64,000 bases of DNA from Spirochaetia bacterium (GTDB taxonomy: Bacteria; Spirochaetota; Spirochaetia; SZUA-6; Bin103): contig CBDBDQ010000005.1 in NCBI GenBank assembly GCA_965203905.1, forward strand, positions 3,104,001 through 3,168,000, written 5' to 3'. The notes beneath the pieces are model-generated. The model worked only from the letters and a program-made list of their open reading frames with translations. It searched no databases and had not been told where the DNA came from. The position numbers were made by a program, and so were the translations under genes. Position 1 is the first letter of the stretch, and every line of letters starts with the position of its first letter. Positions 1-11,004 of the stretch are shown piece after piece.

Positions 1-369
1 TGCAGTCTATGACGTCATGGTATACTTTTTTTGCCGTGACGATGTAAGATCGGAAGTAGTACGGAGAGGTGACCAGATTGTTCGATCTTTCAAAGATTAA
101 TGCGATTCCAATGTCGCCTTTAGAGATGCGATACAGACGACTACGAAGAGTATTAGAGCGACTCTAACTCGTTTTCAGGAATGGCGCTCAGAGCTTCAAA
201 GGATCACAGGATTGGACATACCTGACCCCTCGTTGGATCGAGCTGCTTAGTCGTCGATACCGTGCCGAATTCTACTCAGTTCAGGGCTACGACGAAGAGT
301 GTCAACGCACTACGCCGTGAGTTATTGCCGCGACGCTTCGACCCGACAGGAGATTAACAGAGGTACGCA

Positions 370-1140
370 GTGAGGAACAACCACGTCAGAGAGAAGCTCC
401 GGCAGGGCCGGCCGGTCATCGGCTCCTTCCTGGGGCTGGGCAGCCCGATGATCGCGGAGCAGATGGCGCACTGCGGATTCGACTTCATCGTGATCGAGAC
501 CGAGCACAACGCCATCGACATGGCCCAGGTGCAGCAGATGCTGATGGCGATGAACGGCACCGACGCCATCCCGCTGGTACGCCTGCCGAGCTCCGACCAG
601 GTGTTCATCCAGCGCTCCCTGGACCTCGGCGCCATGGGCATCGTGGTGCCGCTGCTGCGCAGCGCCGAGCAGGCGCAGGCGGTGGTGCGGGCGACGCGCT
701 ATCCGCCGGACGGCGTGCGCGGGTTCGGGCCGCTGCGCGCCTCGCACTACACCCTCGACTACCCCGACTACCTGACGCGCGCCAACGACCACATCCTGGT
801 GTCGTTCCTGCTGGAAACCCGCGAGGCGATGGACAACCTGGAGGAGATCACGGCGGTGCCAGGCGTGGACGCCCTCTACCTGGGGCTGTGGGACCTCTAC
901 CTGAACCACGGCGCCAACCCGCTGGAGATGCCGGACCCGGCGATGGAGCGGCTGATCGAGCGCGCCATCGAGGTGTGCGGCGACAGCGGCGTGGCTCTCG
1001 GCATCGGCTCCACCACCCCGCAGGAGGTGCTGCACTGGCGCGACCGCGGGCTCACCTTTCTCGGTTACGGCCCCGACTACTCGCTGCTCGGCAGCGCCGC
1101 CCAGGCGGGCATCACGGCCTTCCGCGAGAGCGGCTCCTGA
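370..1140 (+). CDS. HpcH/HpaI aldolase family protein
   Basis: GFDFIVIETEH, LDLGAMGIVVP, RYPPDGVRG and GVDALYLG motifs; GAGG RBS before the GTG start. Confidence 0.9.
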   Translation: MRNNHVREKLRQGRPVIGSFLGLGSPMIAEQMAHCGFDFIVIETEHNAIDMAQVQQMLMAMNGTDAIPLVRLPSSDQVFIQRSLDLGAMGIVVPLLRSAEQAQAVVRATRYPPDGVRGFGPLRASHYTLDYPDYLTRANDHILVSFLLETREAMDNLEEITAVPGVDALYLGLWDLYLNHGANPLEMPDPAMERLIERAIEVCGDSGVALGIGSTTPQEVLHWRDRGLTFLGYGPDYSLLGSAAQAGITAFRESGS

Positions 1141-1174
1141 GCCGGTTCCGGCGCCGTCTCCGCCGTCGCTCGCG

Positions 1175-1204
1175 TTGACACCCGGGAAGGGGCCGCCTTA
1201 CGAT
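1175..1204 (+). promoter_or_regulatory. Putative sigma70 promoter of the ABC operon
   Basis: TTGACA, 18 nt spacer, TACGAT; GGAGG RBS downstream. Confidence 0.55.
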
Positions 1205-1240
1205 CAGCTTGCTCAGCCAATCCTCAGGAGGTCTTGAGAA

Positions 1241-3190
1241 ATGATGCACAGGATCGCGGTTTCCGCGTTGGTCATGTTCTGCGTCGGCGCCGTGGCGGCG
1301 CTGGCCAGCGGACAGGAGGGATCGGACGCCTCCGCCACGACGCAGCAGGCGGCGGCCGGCGGCCGCTACCAGGAGTCGCCCATGCTGGCGGCGCTGGTGG
1401 CATCGGGAGATCTGCCGCCGGTGGAAGAGAGACTTCCCGTGGAACCCTTCGTGGTCGGCCAGGGAGTGCTGATCGAGGACAAGTACCTCGACTTCGAGGT
1501 CGGCCAGTTCGGAGGCACGCTGCGCCTGGTGCACGACCGCGTCGGCTGGAATCCCGACGTCTTCATCATGGGCAACGAGCCGCTGGTGTCGGCTCCGACC
1601 GGCGACATCAGCGTCAAGGGAATCCGCGGCAACATCCTGCACAGCTACGAGGTCAGCGACGACAACCGGGTCTTCACCTTCCGCCTGCGCGAGGGGCTCA
1701 GGTGGTCGGACGGGGCGCCGATCACCATGGACGACGTGCTGTTCGCCTACGAGGACGTCCTCATGAACGAGAACATCACCGCCTCCGTGCCCAACTGGCT
1801 GCGCGCCGGCAACAGCGGCGACGGCGCGCCGATGGTGCTCGAGATGGTCGACCCGTGGACCTTCCGGATCACCTTCGAGGAGCCCTATGGCGGCTTCCTG
1901 GCGCAGCTCGCGATCGTGATCTGGCAGGGCTACCAGTACATTCTGAAGCCGAAGCACTACCTGGAGCAGTTTCACGCCGACTACACGCCGCTGCAGGATC
2001 TGGAGCCGATGATCAAGGAGGCCGGCTTCGAGGCCGGTGCCTGGTGGAACCTGTTCCGCTCGAAGGACGTGAGCAGGTGGGAGCTGGTGCGGCCGAAGGG
2101 CTTCGGCTTTCCCGCCATTGCGCCGTGGATCATGACCGACAACTCACCGGAGCTGGTGCTGTACGAGCGCAACCCCTACTACTTCAAGGTGGATGAGGCC
2201 GGCAACCAGCTTCCCTACATCGACAAGCTTCGCGACTCCAAGACCGAGGACACCGAGATGTCCAACTTCAAGGTGATCGCCGGCGAGGTCGACTACTTCC
2301 GGGAGGGCGGCTCGCTGGTCAACCTTCCGCTGTACAAGGAGAACGAGCAGCGCAGCGGGTTCCGCACCAAGATGTACAAGTGGGTGAGCACCAACGTGGT
2401 GCTGCCCAACCACACCTTCGCCGACCCGGTGTGGCGCGAGCTGATCGCCGACATCCGCTTCCGGCGCGCCCTGAACATGGCGATCAACCGCGAGGAGCTC
2501 AAGGAAGCGGTGAGCTACGGTTTCGCGGAGCTGCCGGAGGTGTCGCCGAGCGAATACGATCCCGACCAGGCCAACGCGCTGCTCGACGAGATGGGGCTGA
2601 CGCGCGATGCCGAGGGTTGGCGCCAGCGCCCGGACGGCAAGCGGCTGGTCATCAGCATCGAGAACTCGTCGCGGCATCCCGACTTCGTGCCTACCATCGA
2701 GCTGGTGGTGGAGTACTGGAGAGCGCTGGGGATCGAGACGACGGCGCAGACCATAGCCACCAACCTGCAGCGCCAGCGCGGCGGGGCCAACGAGTTGATG
2801 ATGACGATCGAGGCGCTGCACACCAACATCTGGAAGACCGCCAACGGGTTCCACCACGACTACCTGCCGCGGGCAGCCACCTGGGCGCCGCTGTGGCACA
2901 CCTGGTACAACTCCGGCGGCACCGCCGGCGAGGAGCCCCCGGCCGACGTCAAGCGCCTGTTCGAGCTGTCCGAGAAGCTGGCCACGGCGATTCCGGAGTC
3001 GCCGGAAGCGCTGGCGGCACTCGACGAGATCTACCAGCGGCTCCACGACAACGTCTACTTCTTCGTCGCCCTGGAGAAGATCCTCAAGACGCAGCTGGTG
3101 TCGGCGCGGCTCGGCAACGTTCCCACCGATGGCCACTCGGTGGGCGTGAACTACAGCGTGGAGCAGATGTTCTTCAGGAGCGAAGGATAG
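1241..3190 (+). CDS. ABC transporter substrate-binding protein, family 5 (OppA/DppA-like)
   Basis: Signal peptide; LPPVEERLP, LREGLRWSDGAP and RNPYYFKVDEAGNQLPYID motifs. Confidence 0.92.
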   Translation: MMHRIAVSALVMFCVGAVAALASGQEGSDASATTQQAAAGGRYQESPMLAALVASGDLPPVEERLPVEPFVVGQGVLIEDKYLDFEVGQFGGTLRLVHDRVGWNPDVFIMGNEPLVSAPTGDISVKGIRGNILHSYEVSDDNRVFTFRLREGLRWSDGAPITMDDVLFAYEDVLMNENITASVPNWLRAGNSGDGAPMVLEMVDPWTFRITFEEPYGGFLAQLAIVIWQGYQYILKPKHYLEQFHADYTPLQDLEPMIKEAGFEAGAWWNLFRSKDVSRWELVRPKGFGFPAIAPWIMTDNSPELVLYERNPYYFKVDEAGNQLPYIDKLRDSKTEDTEMSNFKVIAGEVDYFREGGSLVNLPLYKENEQRSGFRTKMYKWVSTNVVLPNHTFADPVWRELIADIRFRRALNMAINREELKEAVSYGFAELPEVSPSEYDPDQANALLDEMGLTRDAEGWRQRPDGKRLVISIENSSRHPDFVPTIELVVEYWRALGIETTAQTIATNLQRQRGGANELMMTIEALHTNIWKTANGFHHDYLPRAATWAPLWHTWYNSGGTAGEEPPADVKRLFELSEKLATAIPESPEALAALDEIYQRLHDNVYFFVALEKILKTQLVSARLGNVPTDGHSVGVNYSVEQMFFRSEG

Positions 3191-3293
3191 ACGCCGCGGG
3201 TCACTCGACCGTGCCTGTTTCGGGTCGGCCAGGTGCCGGTTTCCGGTACCTGGCCGGCGCCATGGGCGGCGCTGGCGTTACCGGGGAGTACCG

Positions 3294-4655
3294 GTGAGCG
3301 GCAGGCCGCCGAACATCCTCTTTCTGCAGACCGACAACCAGCGCTGGGATGCGCTCGGCTGTTCCGGGAACGCCGTCATTCAGACTCCCCACGTGGACCG
3401 GCTGGCGGCGCGGGGAACCTATTTCCCGAACGCCTTCGCGACCACGCCGATCTGCGCCGCCAGCCGCGCCAGCATCCTCACCGGGCTGTACCGGCGGCGT
3501 CACGGGTTCACCTTCGACGAGCCGCCGCTGCGCACCGAGTTCACCGACATCAGCTACCCCAGGCTGCTGCGCGATGCCGGCTACCACACCGGGATGATCG
3601 GCAAGCTCGGCATCGACACCGAGGGACAACTGGCGGTGGCGGGGGACATCTCGACCCTGGCACGGATGTTCGACGTGTTCCACCACTACCACCAGAACTC
3701 CACCAGGGAGGGCTACTGGATCTCGCAGAAGGACGGCTCGCACAAGCATCTCACGGAGATCATCGGCGACCGCGTGGTGGAGTTCCTCCGCGGCTGTCCC
3801 GGCGACCGGCCGTTCTGCCTGTCGGTGAGTTTCAATGCGCCGCACGCGCGCGACGGCGACCCGCAGCACTACTATCCGCCGGATGCGGAGAGCCGCCTCT
3901 ACGAAGACCAGGTGATCCCGCGGCCCGCCACTTCCGATCCCGCTTTTTTCAAGGCACTGCCGCGGTTCCTGCGGGAGAACGAGAGCCGCAAGCGCTGGCA
4001 CACCCGCTGGGACACGGAGCACAACTTCCAGCGTACCGTGAAGGGCTACTGGCGCATGATCAGCGGCGTCGACCGCATGGTGGGACGCTTCGTCGACGAG
4101 CTGCAGCGGCTGGGAGTCGCCGACAACACGATCATCATATACACCTCCGATCACGGCTTCCTGATCGGCGAGCGCGGCCACTCCGACTGCTGGCTGCTGT
4201 ACGACAACTCCATGCGCGTGCCGCTGGTGATGTACGATCCCCGCGCCGATGCGGCGCAACGGGGAGTCCGGCTGGAGCAGATGGCGCTGAACATCGATCT
4301 GGGGCCGACGATGCTGGAGCTGGCCGGGCTGCCGGTGCCGGAGATGGTGCAGGGGCGAAGCCTGCTGCCGCTGCTGCGCGGCGATCCGGTCGCGTGGCGC
4401 GACGACTTCTTCTGCGAGCACCTGTTCACCAGGCCCACGGTGATCATTCCGCGCTGCGAAGGGGTCCGTTCGCGGGACTGGAAGTACATCAGGTACCTCG
4501 ACCAGGACCCGCTCTACGAAGAGCTCTACCACCTGGAGTCGGATCCCGACGAAGCCCGCAACCTGTGCTCCGACCGCGCCTCCTCGGATGACCTGGAGCG
4601 GCTGCGGGCACGCTGCGACGAGCTTCTCGGAATAGCGCAAGGTGCGACGGCGTGA
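3294..4655 (+). CDS. Sulfatase (formylglycine-dependent, Cys-type)
   Basis: PNILFLQTD, CAASRASILTG (CxxxR), TSDHG and ELYHLESDPDE motifs. Confidence 0.92.
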   Translation: MSGRPPNILFLQTDNQRWDALGCSGNAVIQTPHVDRLAARGTYFPNAFATTPICAASRASILTGLYRRRHGFTFDEPPLRTEFTDISYPRLLRDAGYHTGMIGKLGIDTEGQLAVAGDISTLARMFDVFHHYHQNSTREGYWISQKDGSHKHLTEIIGDRVVEFLRGCPGDRPFCLSVSFNAPHARDGDPQHYYPPDAESRLYEDQVIPRPATSDPAFFKALPRFLRENESRKRWHTRWDTEHNFQRTVKGYWRMISGVDRMVGRFVDELQRLGVADNTIIIYTSDHGFLIGERGHSDCWLLYDNSMRVPLVMYDPRADAAQRGVRLEQMALNIDLGPTMLELAGLPVPEMVQGRSLLPLLRGDPVAWRDDFFCEHLFTRPTVIIPRCEGVRSRDWKYIRYLDQDPLYEELYHLESDPDEARNLCSDRASSDDLERLRARCDELLGIAQGATA

Positions 4656-4739
4656 CCTGATCCGCGGCCGTGCCGGCGCCGCCGCGGACCCGTGCGGCTG
4701 TCCGCGTGGCTTACGGGTCGAGCCCCTGCCGAGGCCGCC

Positions 4740-5738
4740 ATGCTGAACTACATCGGCAAGCGCGTGCTGCAGTTGATCCCGCTGCTGCTGGCCCTGTCGA
4801 TGATCATCTTCATCGTGATCGAGCTGCCGCCCGGCGACTACCTCACCATGTACGTGATGCAGTTGGAGCACAGCGGGACCGACGTGGCGGAAGAGACCAT
4901 CGTCAGCCTCACCGCCGTGTACGGACTCGACAAGCCGTTCGTGCAGCGCTACCTGCGGTGGATCTGGAACATCGTCACCCGCGGCGACCTGGGGCGCTCG
5001 TTCCAGTACGACAAGCCGGTCACCGAGGTGATAGGCGAGCGCATCATGCTGACCATGGTGCTGTCGTTGCTCAGTATGCTGTTCACCTACGCGGTGGCGA
5101 TACCGATCGGCATCTACTCCGCCACCCACCAGTACTCGTTCGCGGACTACCTGCTCACCTTCGCCGGCTTCATCGGCCTGGCGGTGCCCGGGTTCCTGCT
5201 GGCGCTGGTGATCCTGTACATCGCCCACACCGAGTTCGGAGTCAGCGTCACCGGCCTGTTTGCGCCGGAGTACGTGGGCGCGCCGTGGAGCCTGGCCAAG
5301 GTGGGCAGCATGCTGCAGCGGATCTGGATACCGATCATCCTCGTGGGGATGGCCGGGACCGCATCCCTGATCCGGGTCATGCGCGGGGTGCTGCTCGACG
5401 AGTTGCGCAAGCAGTACGTGATCACCGCCCGCGCCAAGGGCATCGCCGAGGTCAAGCTGCTGTTCAAGTATCCGGTGCGGGTGGCGATCAATCCCATCGT
5501 CAGCACGGTCGGCTGGCTGTTGCCGCGCATCATCTCCATCACGCCGCTGGTGGCGATCGTGCTCAACCTGCCCACCACCGGGCCGATGCTGCTGGGTGCG
5601 CTGCTGCACCAGGACATGTACCTGGCCGGCAGCTTCGTGCTGATCCTGAGCGTGCTCACGGTGATCGGCACGCTGCTGTCGGACGTGCTGCTGGCGGTGC
5701 TGGACCCGCGCATCCGCTACGAGGGAGTGGGGGCGTGA
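4740..5738 (+). CDS. ABC transporter permease (OppB/DppB-like)
   Basis: IIELPPGD-type motif, EAA-loop YVITARAKG, C-terminal LDPRIR; ATG at 4740 after GAGG. Confidence 0.92.
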   Translation: MLNYIGKRVLQLIPLLLALSMIIFIVIELPPGDYLTMYVMQLEHSGTDVAEETIVSLTAVYGLDKPFVQRYLRWIWNIVTRGDLGRSFQYDKPVTEVIGERIMLTMVLSLLSMLFTYAVAIPIGIYSATHQYSFADYLLTFAGFIGLAVPGFLLALVILYIAHTEFGVSVTGLFAPEYVGAPWSLAKVGSMLQRIWIPIILVGMAGTASLIRVMRGVLLDELRKQYVITARAKGIAEVKLLFKYPVRVAINPIVSTVGWLLPRIISITPLVAIVLNLPTTGPMLLGALLHQDMYLAGSFVLILSVLTVIGTLLSDVLLAVLDPRIRYEGVGA

Positions 5739-6826
5739 GCGCAGACGACCAGGCCGCCTACGTCGCCTCCCAGTGGCAGCTCATCTGGTGGAAGTTCCGC
5801 AAGCACCGGCTGGCGATGCTGTCGGTGACGGTGCTGGGGCTGCTCTACCTGGTCGCGGTACTCTGTGAGTTCCTGAGTCCCTACGCGCCGCTGACCCGGT
5901 TCCCGGAGTTTCTCGACGCGCCGCCGCAGCGGATCCGCGTGTTCGAGGCGGGAACGGGGCTGCGCGCTCCGTTCGTGTACGGCATCGTCAAGAGCAGGGA
6001 TCCGGAGACCTTTCGCCGCATCTACCCGATCGACCGGGAACAGGTGCATCCGGTGCGCCTGCTGGTGCGCGGCGAGCCGTACCGGTTCTGGGGGCTGATC
6101 GAGACCGACCTGCACCTGTTCGGAGTGGAGGGCTCCAGCATCTTCCTGCTGGGCACCGACCGGCTGGGGCGAGACCTGTTCACGCGCATCCTCCACGGGG
6201 CGCGGATCTCCCTGTCCGTCGGCCTGGTGGGGGTCTTCCTCACCTTCGTGTTCGGGATCGTGCTGGGCGGGTTGTCCGGCTACCTGGGCGGGGTGGTGGA
6301 CACCGTCATCCAGCGCGTGATCGACCTGCTGCTGTCGATACCTACGATCCCGTTGTGGATGGCGCTGGCGGCCGCGCTGCCGCGCGAGTGGCCGGCGATC
6401 AGGATCTACTTCGGCATCGTGCTGATCTTCTCCGTGATCGGCTGGACCGAGCTGGCGCGCGTGGTGCGCGGCCGGCTGCTGTCGGTACGGGAGGAGGACT
6501 TCGTGGTGGCGGCGCGGGTGACCGGCTCCAGCCACCTGAGCATCATCTTCCGCCACCTGATCCCCTCCTGCTCCAGCTACATCATCGTGTCACTCACCCT
6601 GGCGATACCGACCATGATCCTGGGCGAGACGGCGCTCAGCTTCCTGGGGCTGGGGCTGCAGCCGCCGGTGGTGAGCTGGGGCACGCTGCTCAAGGACGCC
6701 CAGAGCATGCAGGCGATCGCGCACCGGCCGTGGATGCTGTCGCCGTGCCTGTTCGTGGTGGTGGCGGTGCTGATGTTCAACTTCATGGGCGACGGCCTGC
6801 GCGACTCCGCCGACCCGTTGAAGTGA
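5735..6826 (+). CDS. ABC transporter permease (OppC/DppC-like)
   Basis: GTGA overlap with the upstream stop; LGTDRLGRD, ETALSFLGLG and GDGLRDSADP motifs. Confidence 0.92.
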   Translation: MSADDQAAYVASQWQLIWWKFRKHRLAMLSVTVLGLLYLVAVLCEFLSPYAPLTRFPEFLDAPPQRIRVFEAGTGLRAPFVYGIVKSRDPETFRRIYPIDREQVHPVRLLVRGEPYRFWGLIETDLHLFGVEGSSIFLLGTDRLGRDLFTRILHGARISLSVGLVGVFLTFVFGIVLGGLSGYLGGVVDTVIQRVIDLLLSIPTIPLWMALAAALPREWPAIRIYFGIVLIFSVIGWTELARVVRGRLLSVREEDFVVAARVTGSSHLSIIFRHLIPSCSSYIIVSLTLAIPTMILGETALSFLGLGLQPPVVSWGTLLKDAQSMQAIAHRPWMLSPCLFVVVAVLMFNFMGDGLRDSADPLK

Positions 6827-6871
6827 ATCGCGGTCTCGCTCACGGTGTTTCTGGTGAGCCGATGCGCACCG

Positions 6872-8624
6872 CTACGCCACCGCGTCGCAGAACACCATTT
6901 CCCAACCGTGAAACACCACCGCCAGGCCAGTGTACCGCACCGCCGGGAATTGCCGCGCCAAGCGCTCGTCGGCCAGGTAGCGCTGCAACTGCGCGGTCGC
7001 CTCGCCGGCGGCCGCTGCGACGCGCCCCGTCTCCACCGACTCGTTGCGGCTCAGGCACTTGAGCTCGATCAGATACCCGCGTCGCAGGTGCGGATAGCGG
7101 GCAACGAGCGGCTCCAGCGAGATATCCGCATGGCCCTTGCCAAGCTCGGCCTCCGAGCGGAACACGAAGTAGTCGGTCACGCTCAGATAGGCAGCCAGGA
7201 ACCCCTGGACAACCTTTTCTCCGCGATGTAGTCCCGGATCCCCGTCTGCGCGGCAATGGCCTCGCCCAGGAACGCGAACACCGGTTGCCAGTCGCCCTCG
7301 TTGGCCATCCGCATCAGCAACTGCTCGAACCCGAACAGGTTGATCGTGAACACGCCCACGTCCTTGTAGCCGTCGCGCAGGTAGCCGTACATGAGCCGCT
7401 TCACGGTCTGGTTGGGGATCGCCAGCCGCGGCACGCCGTGCGCCGCCTCGCGGATGCTCAGCAGCCCGAAGTAGTGCAGCAGCGACAGGAAGTTCTCGGA
7501 CTCGGCGAGCTCGTGCAGCGGAAAGCCCGATTGGACGCGGGCGTCCGCCTGCTCCTCGCCGATGACGTCCCGCAGCAGGTCGAAGTTGCCGTTGAGCTGG
7601 CGGCCCACCACCAGCAGATGGCGCAGCTTGCCGTAGTCGATGCGCACGTTGGTGTCGATCAGGTAGGTCGGGACCGGTCGGTTCGGGATCGAGTGCTTCA
7701 GGTAGTAGAGCACCATGTCGGTGTGGTACAGGTCGGTCTCGACTTGCTCCGCGAATCGGTAGCCGTTGTACCACTCGCCCATGAGGCCCATGGCGGTTGC
7801 GACCTCCTGATCGAACACGCCGTGGTCGCGGTACGTTTCGATCAGGTGCCGCACCTCAGCCTCGGTGAAGCCGACCATCTCGTTGAAGTCCGGTTCCAGG
7901 CTGATGTTGCGCCGATGTTGAAGCCGCTGGTCACGTCGTCCATGGTGACCGGCGATACGCCGGTGATGAACAGGCGATCGATGCCACCGCCGCTGCGCTC
8001 CGTGCCTCCCTTGAGGGTCGCGAAGAAGTTGCGGAAGAAGCCGCCGCCGTGGGTGAATGCGTGGTACGCCTCGGCGCCGTGGTGGGCCAGCACGGTGTTG
8101 GCGAAGTTGTCGTACTCGTCGATCAGCACGTACAGCAGGATGCCGTGGCGTTTGGTATGCAGAAACAGCTCGGTGAGCTTGGCGGATGCGGACGGAGGGG
8201 CGAGGATGCGCTGCACGGCCGCGGCCGGGAACAGATCCGGATATCGCTCCAGCGTGTCCCGGATTTCCGCGAGGCAGTAGGTGTCGAACTCCCGCTCCAG
8301 GGTTTCGAGCTTGTCGTCGACCATCGAGAAGTTGAAGCGCAGCGTGACGTAGCTGCTGCGTTCGTCGGTCGGGCTCCGCCCGATGTCGGTGCCGCCGAAT
8401 GTGGCGTCGAAGTCGTCGGCCCAGAAGCGGTCGTAGTAGTTCTCCAGCAGCGACACCCACAGCGTCTTGCCGAACCGCCGTGGGCGGATCAGGAAGGCGT
8501 AGTGCTCCTGTTCCAGCCGGCGCACGAAGCGGGTCTTGTCGACGTACAGCCAGCGGCGCTGGCGGATGCGCCGGAAGTCACCCTGGCCGTACGGAATGTG
8601 CGGGTAAGCGGGAGTCTCGTCCAC
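6872..8624 (-). pseudogene. AAA-ATPase-like / PD-(D/E)XK nuclease family gene with two frameshifts
   Basis: YVDKT, RPRRFGKT, IDEYD, WYNGY and ADISLE..LIELK motifs spread over three frames (shifts near 7910 and 7220); the indels could be sequencing errors. Confidence 0.85.
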
Positions 8625-8947
8625 TGCCGAACCGTACCGGCGTCAATCTATCGCTTTCGCCCCCGTCCCCTCAACGCCAAGGCTATACGCGAAGTTCCCA
8701 CCCGTGTCCGCCTTCGCACGGCGTCTCAGCCTGTCCCACTTGGTGCCACCCGTCTGGTCGCGCCACCGCCTCGTCCGGCGCACGCCCCGCCGGCGTTGTC
8801 TCCCCCGGCACGGCTGCTACACCGTGATGAAACTGCACCCGATCCCGATCGAGCCGTGTCCGGCGCTGCGCGATGCCATGGGGCCCGACGGCGACCTGAT
8901 CTACGCCATCCAGTATCGGGAGTTCGTCAGCCGCGGCGCGGGTCCAG

Positions 8948-9011
8948 GACGGTAACGATTCGTGCCGCAGTGAGATGGTCGGCGTCGTTGCGGACCTGCG
9001 CAGCCGGCAAG
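8948..9011 (+). pseudogene. Collapsed remnant of a relBE-like module
   Basis: 8948-8962 is identical to 21477-21491 (antitoxin 5' end); 8972-9011 matches 21926-21965 (relE 3' end) at 38/40. Confidence 0.7.
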
Positions 9012-9089
9012 GGATGAACCAGCCGAAGCATGACCCGGAGGACGCGGAGGCCGCCCGCCACCCGGCCGGCTGAAGCACGCCCGCGCACG

Positions 9090-9340
9090 CTATTCGAAGA
9101 TCGTTGCAAGTCGGGCAAGCACTTCGTCGATGATCTTCTCGGGCACGGTGTCGACGTGCCTCCCATTGCGGGCGCCGACGTCGAGTGCGCGGGGCTGGTC
9201 GCAGCGGATCACGCCGGTCGTTCGGGTGCCTGCGTCCTGAAGAGAAACGGCAAAGCCGCGCCTGTGGGCGAAGCCTCCGCCCGTGGTGATGGCCACGACT
9301 ACCGGCGTTCCGGTCAGCTTGTTGAACGGCGCGGGCGAGA
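9090..9340 (-). pseudogene. pemK: 5'-truncated PemK/MazF toxin copy
   Basis: VSPAPFNKLTG..TTGVIRCDQPRALD, nearly identical to the 22004-22306 product; N-terminus missing. Confidence 0.85.
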
Positions 9341-9404
9341 CAGTTGCGATGCTGAAATTATCCTGTAGCAGGGGATCTGTGGTCACATAATCGTGGTAGT
9401 CACA

Positions 9405-9944
9405 TGAGCCGAGAACAGCGCCAACGAGCGGATCATCGCCGCGCAGCAGGAGCTTGAGGTGCAGCGCCGCACCTGCGTGGCAGAGGTGGAACAGATCCGC
9501 CTGGAGACCGACAGCGCCATCGAGCGCGCCCAGAGTGAAGGCGAGCGGGCGGTCCAGGAGATCGCCGTCGAGCTACGCAAGTTGAGGAACGTCTCTGACG
9601 TGACCCTGGAGGCGGATACCAAGCGGCGCGCCGCCGAGATCCTGGCGGATGGCGAGAATCAAGCGGTGCAGATCGTCGAATCGACTCACAACGACCTGTT
9701 GGATCAGAAGGCGACCATGGTCGCAAACTCTGGTGAGATGGGCAAGATTGCCCTGTTCGTGCAACAGCAACTCCCCACTCTGGTCTCCGCCTATGAACGC
9801 TATGCGCGCGAGTTGAAAGTTGACAATGTGGTCATTATGGATGATGACCGGGGCATGAACGGTCTGCTGAACCGTGGCCCGGAAGCGTTTGTCGACTTCC
9901 TGCAGACGTTCGAGGAGGGATTCGGTATCAGCGTGAGAGAATAG
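9405..9944 (+). pseudogene. C-terminal fragment of flotillin-like gene 1 paralog
   Basis: Translation nearly identical to the C-terminal part of the 41905-43275 product; SPFH domain absent. Confidence 0.85.
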
Positions 9945-9982
9945 CTGAATCAACACGGCGAGTCCGGCAAGGAGGTGGGAGC

Positions 9983-10654
9983 ATGACCGGTTTCATAATC
10001 GTATTCGTGGCACTCGTTGTTATCACCCTACTGCTCCAACTCATTACCAAGATGAAGATTGTCGGTGCCGACGAGTTAGCAATCGTAGCCGGCCAGGGGA
10101 GAGGCTTTTCGTCGCTGCGCGGTGGTCGGGTATTCGTGTTCCCGCTGATTCACCGGTTCTTCCGGATGGACATGCGGCCGCGCACGACCAGCGTGCGGGT
10201 GGAGTCGGCCATTGCGGCCGGAATCGTCCCGCTCACGGTTGTTGCCACGGTCAGTTTCGCCGTCGCCTCGACCGGCGAAGGGCTGCGCAATGCCATCCGC
10301 CGCATCTTGCATATGACCCGCGATTGGGATGAGCTGACCGGCATCGCTACCGGCATTATCGAGGGCCATCTGCGTGACTCCATCGCCACCATGACGCCGG
10401 AAGAGGTAATGACCGACAAGGATCGGCTGGTACAGAACATGATCCGGGTCTGTAAAGTCGACCTCGAAGGCATCGGACTCGAAATCACCGCGATGAACAT
10501 CGCCGATGTCGATGACCACCGGCTGGAAGGCGTACGAGAACCGGAGCTGTACATCGCCTTGCTGAAACGGATTCAGTCGGCCAACGCCGAGGCACAGTCG
10601 CGGGCCGCCCAGGCTCAGGCTGCCCGGCCGCGGGTCAGGGGCCAGCGCTCCTGA
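9983..10654 (+). pseudogene. 3'-truncated flotillin/SPFH gene 2 paralog
   Basis: First ~215 aa nearly identical to the 43272-44675 product; coiled-coil half deleted. Confidence 0.85.
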
Positions 10655-10675
10655 GGGAAGCCGCCTGAACGCCGG

Positions 10676-10960
10676 ATGAAGATTCGCGACGTGTCGTTGT
10701 CGGTGTTCGAGCTGGACACGGTAACGCCGGTGCTCGCCATGAGTGAGTGGGGGGCAACGGGCCAACGGCGCTGGCGTCCGCAACGCCGCGGCAATGCCAA
10801 CTGGTGGCGCTCCCGCGGCTCCGGCGCCACCGAGCAGGTGCACGTGATGCACGTGCGCACCGACGCCGGCATCGAGGGTGTCTGCACCGTCGGTGACGTA
10901 CGCTACCGGGTGATGACCGAGTGAGCTCTGGCGGAACTCCGTGCGCTGGTGCTCGGCGAG
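10676..10960 (+). pseudogene. N-terminal fragment of mandelate racemase/enolase-family paralog
   Basis: Matches the first ~95 codons of 44758-45927; premature TGA at 10922-10924. Confidence 0.85.
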
Positions 10961-11004
10961 CCAGCCAGTTGCCAAGTTGGATGTGAATAGAATATACTTT
11001 AACA

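Noticed and set aside
1-321. Lower-GC stretch with a short open frame ending at TGA near 320
   Set aside because: Interrupted by stops and no recognisable motif; probably the decayed end of a gene beyond the window edge
3201-5609. Long antisense ORFs (also 28906-31257, 55579-57891, 48854-50509, 43080-44969)
   Set aside because: Shadow ORFs opposite well-supported genes, expected from high GC3 codon bias
4670-6826. Apparent long fusion ORFs (also 22665-24713, 49940-51688, 53154-55526, 54773-57274, 60963-62654, 41026-43275)
   Set aside because: N-terminal parts are off-frame read-through of upstream genes; real starts are internal with RBS or stop/start overlaps
7200-7930. Programmed frameshifting in the AAA-ATPase gene (also helicase near 19405 and dppC near 40540)
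   Set aside because: No convincing slippery sequence with a stimulator; simple indels from decay or sequencing error are more likely
8827-8955. Short ORF MKLHPIPIEPCPALRDAMG..
   Set aside because: Looks like the 5' fragment of an unidentified gene cut by the relBE scrap; no call can be supported
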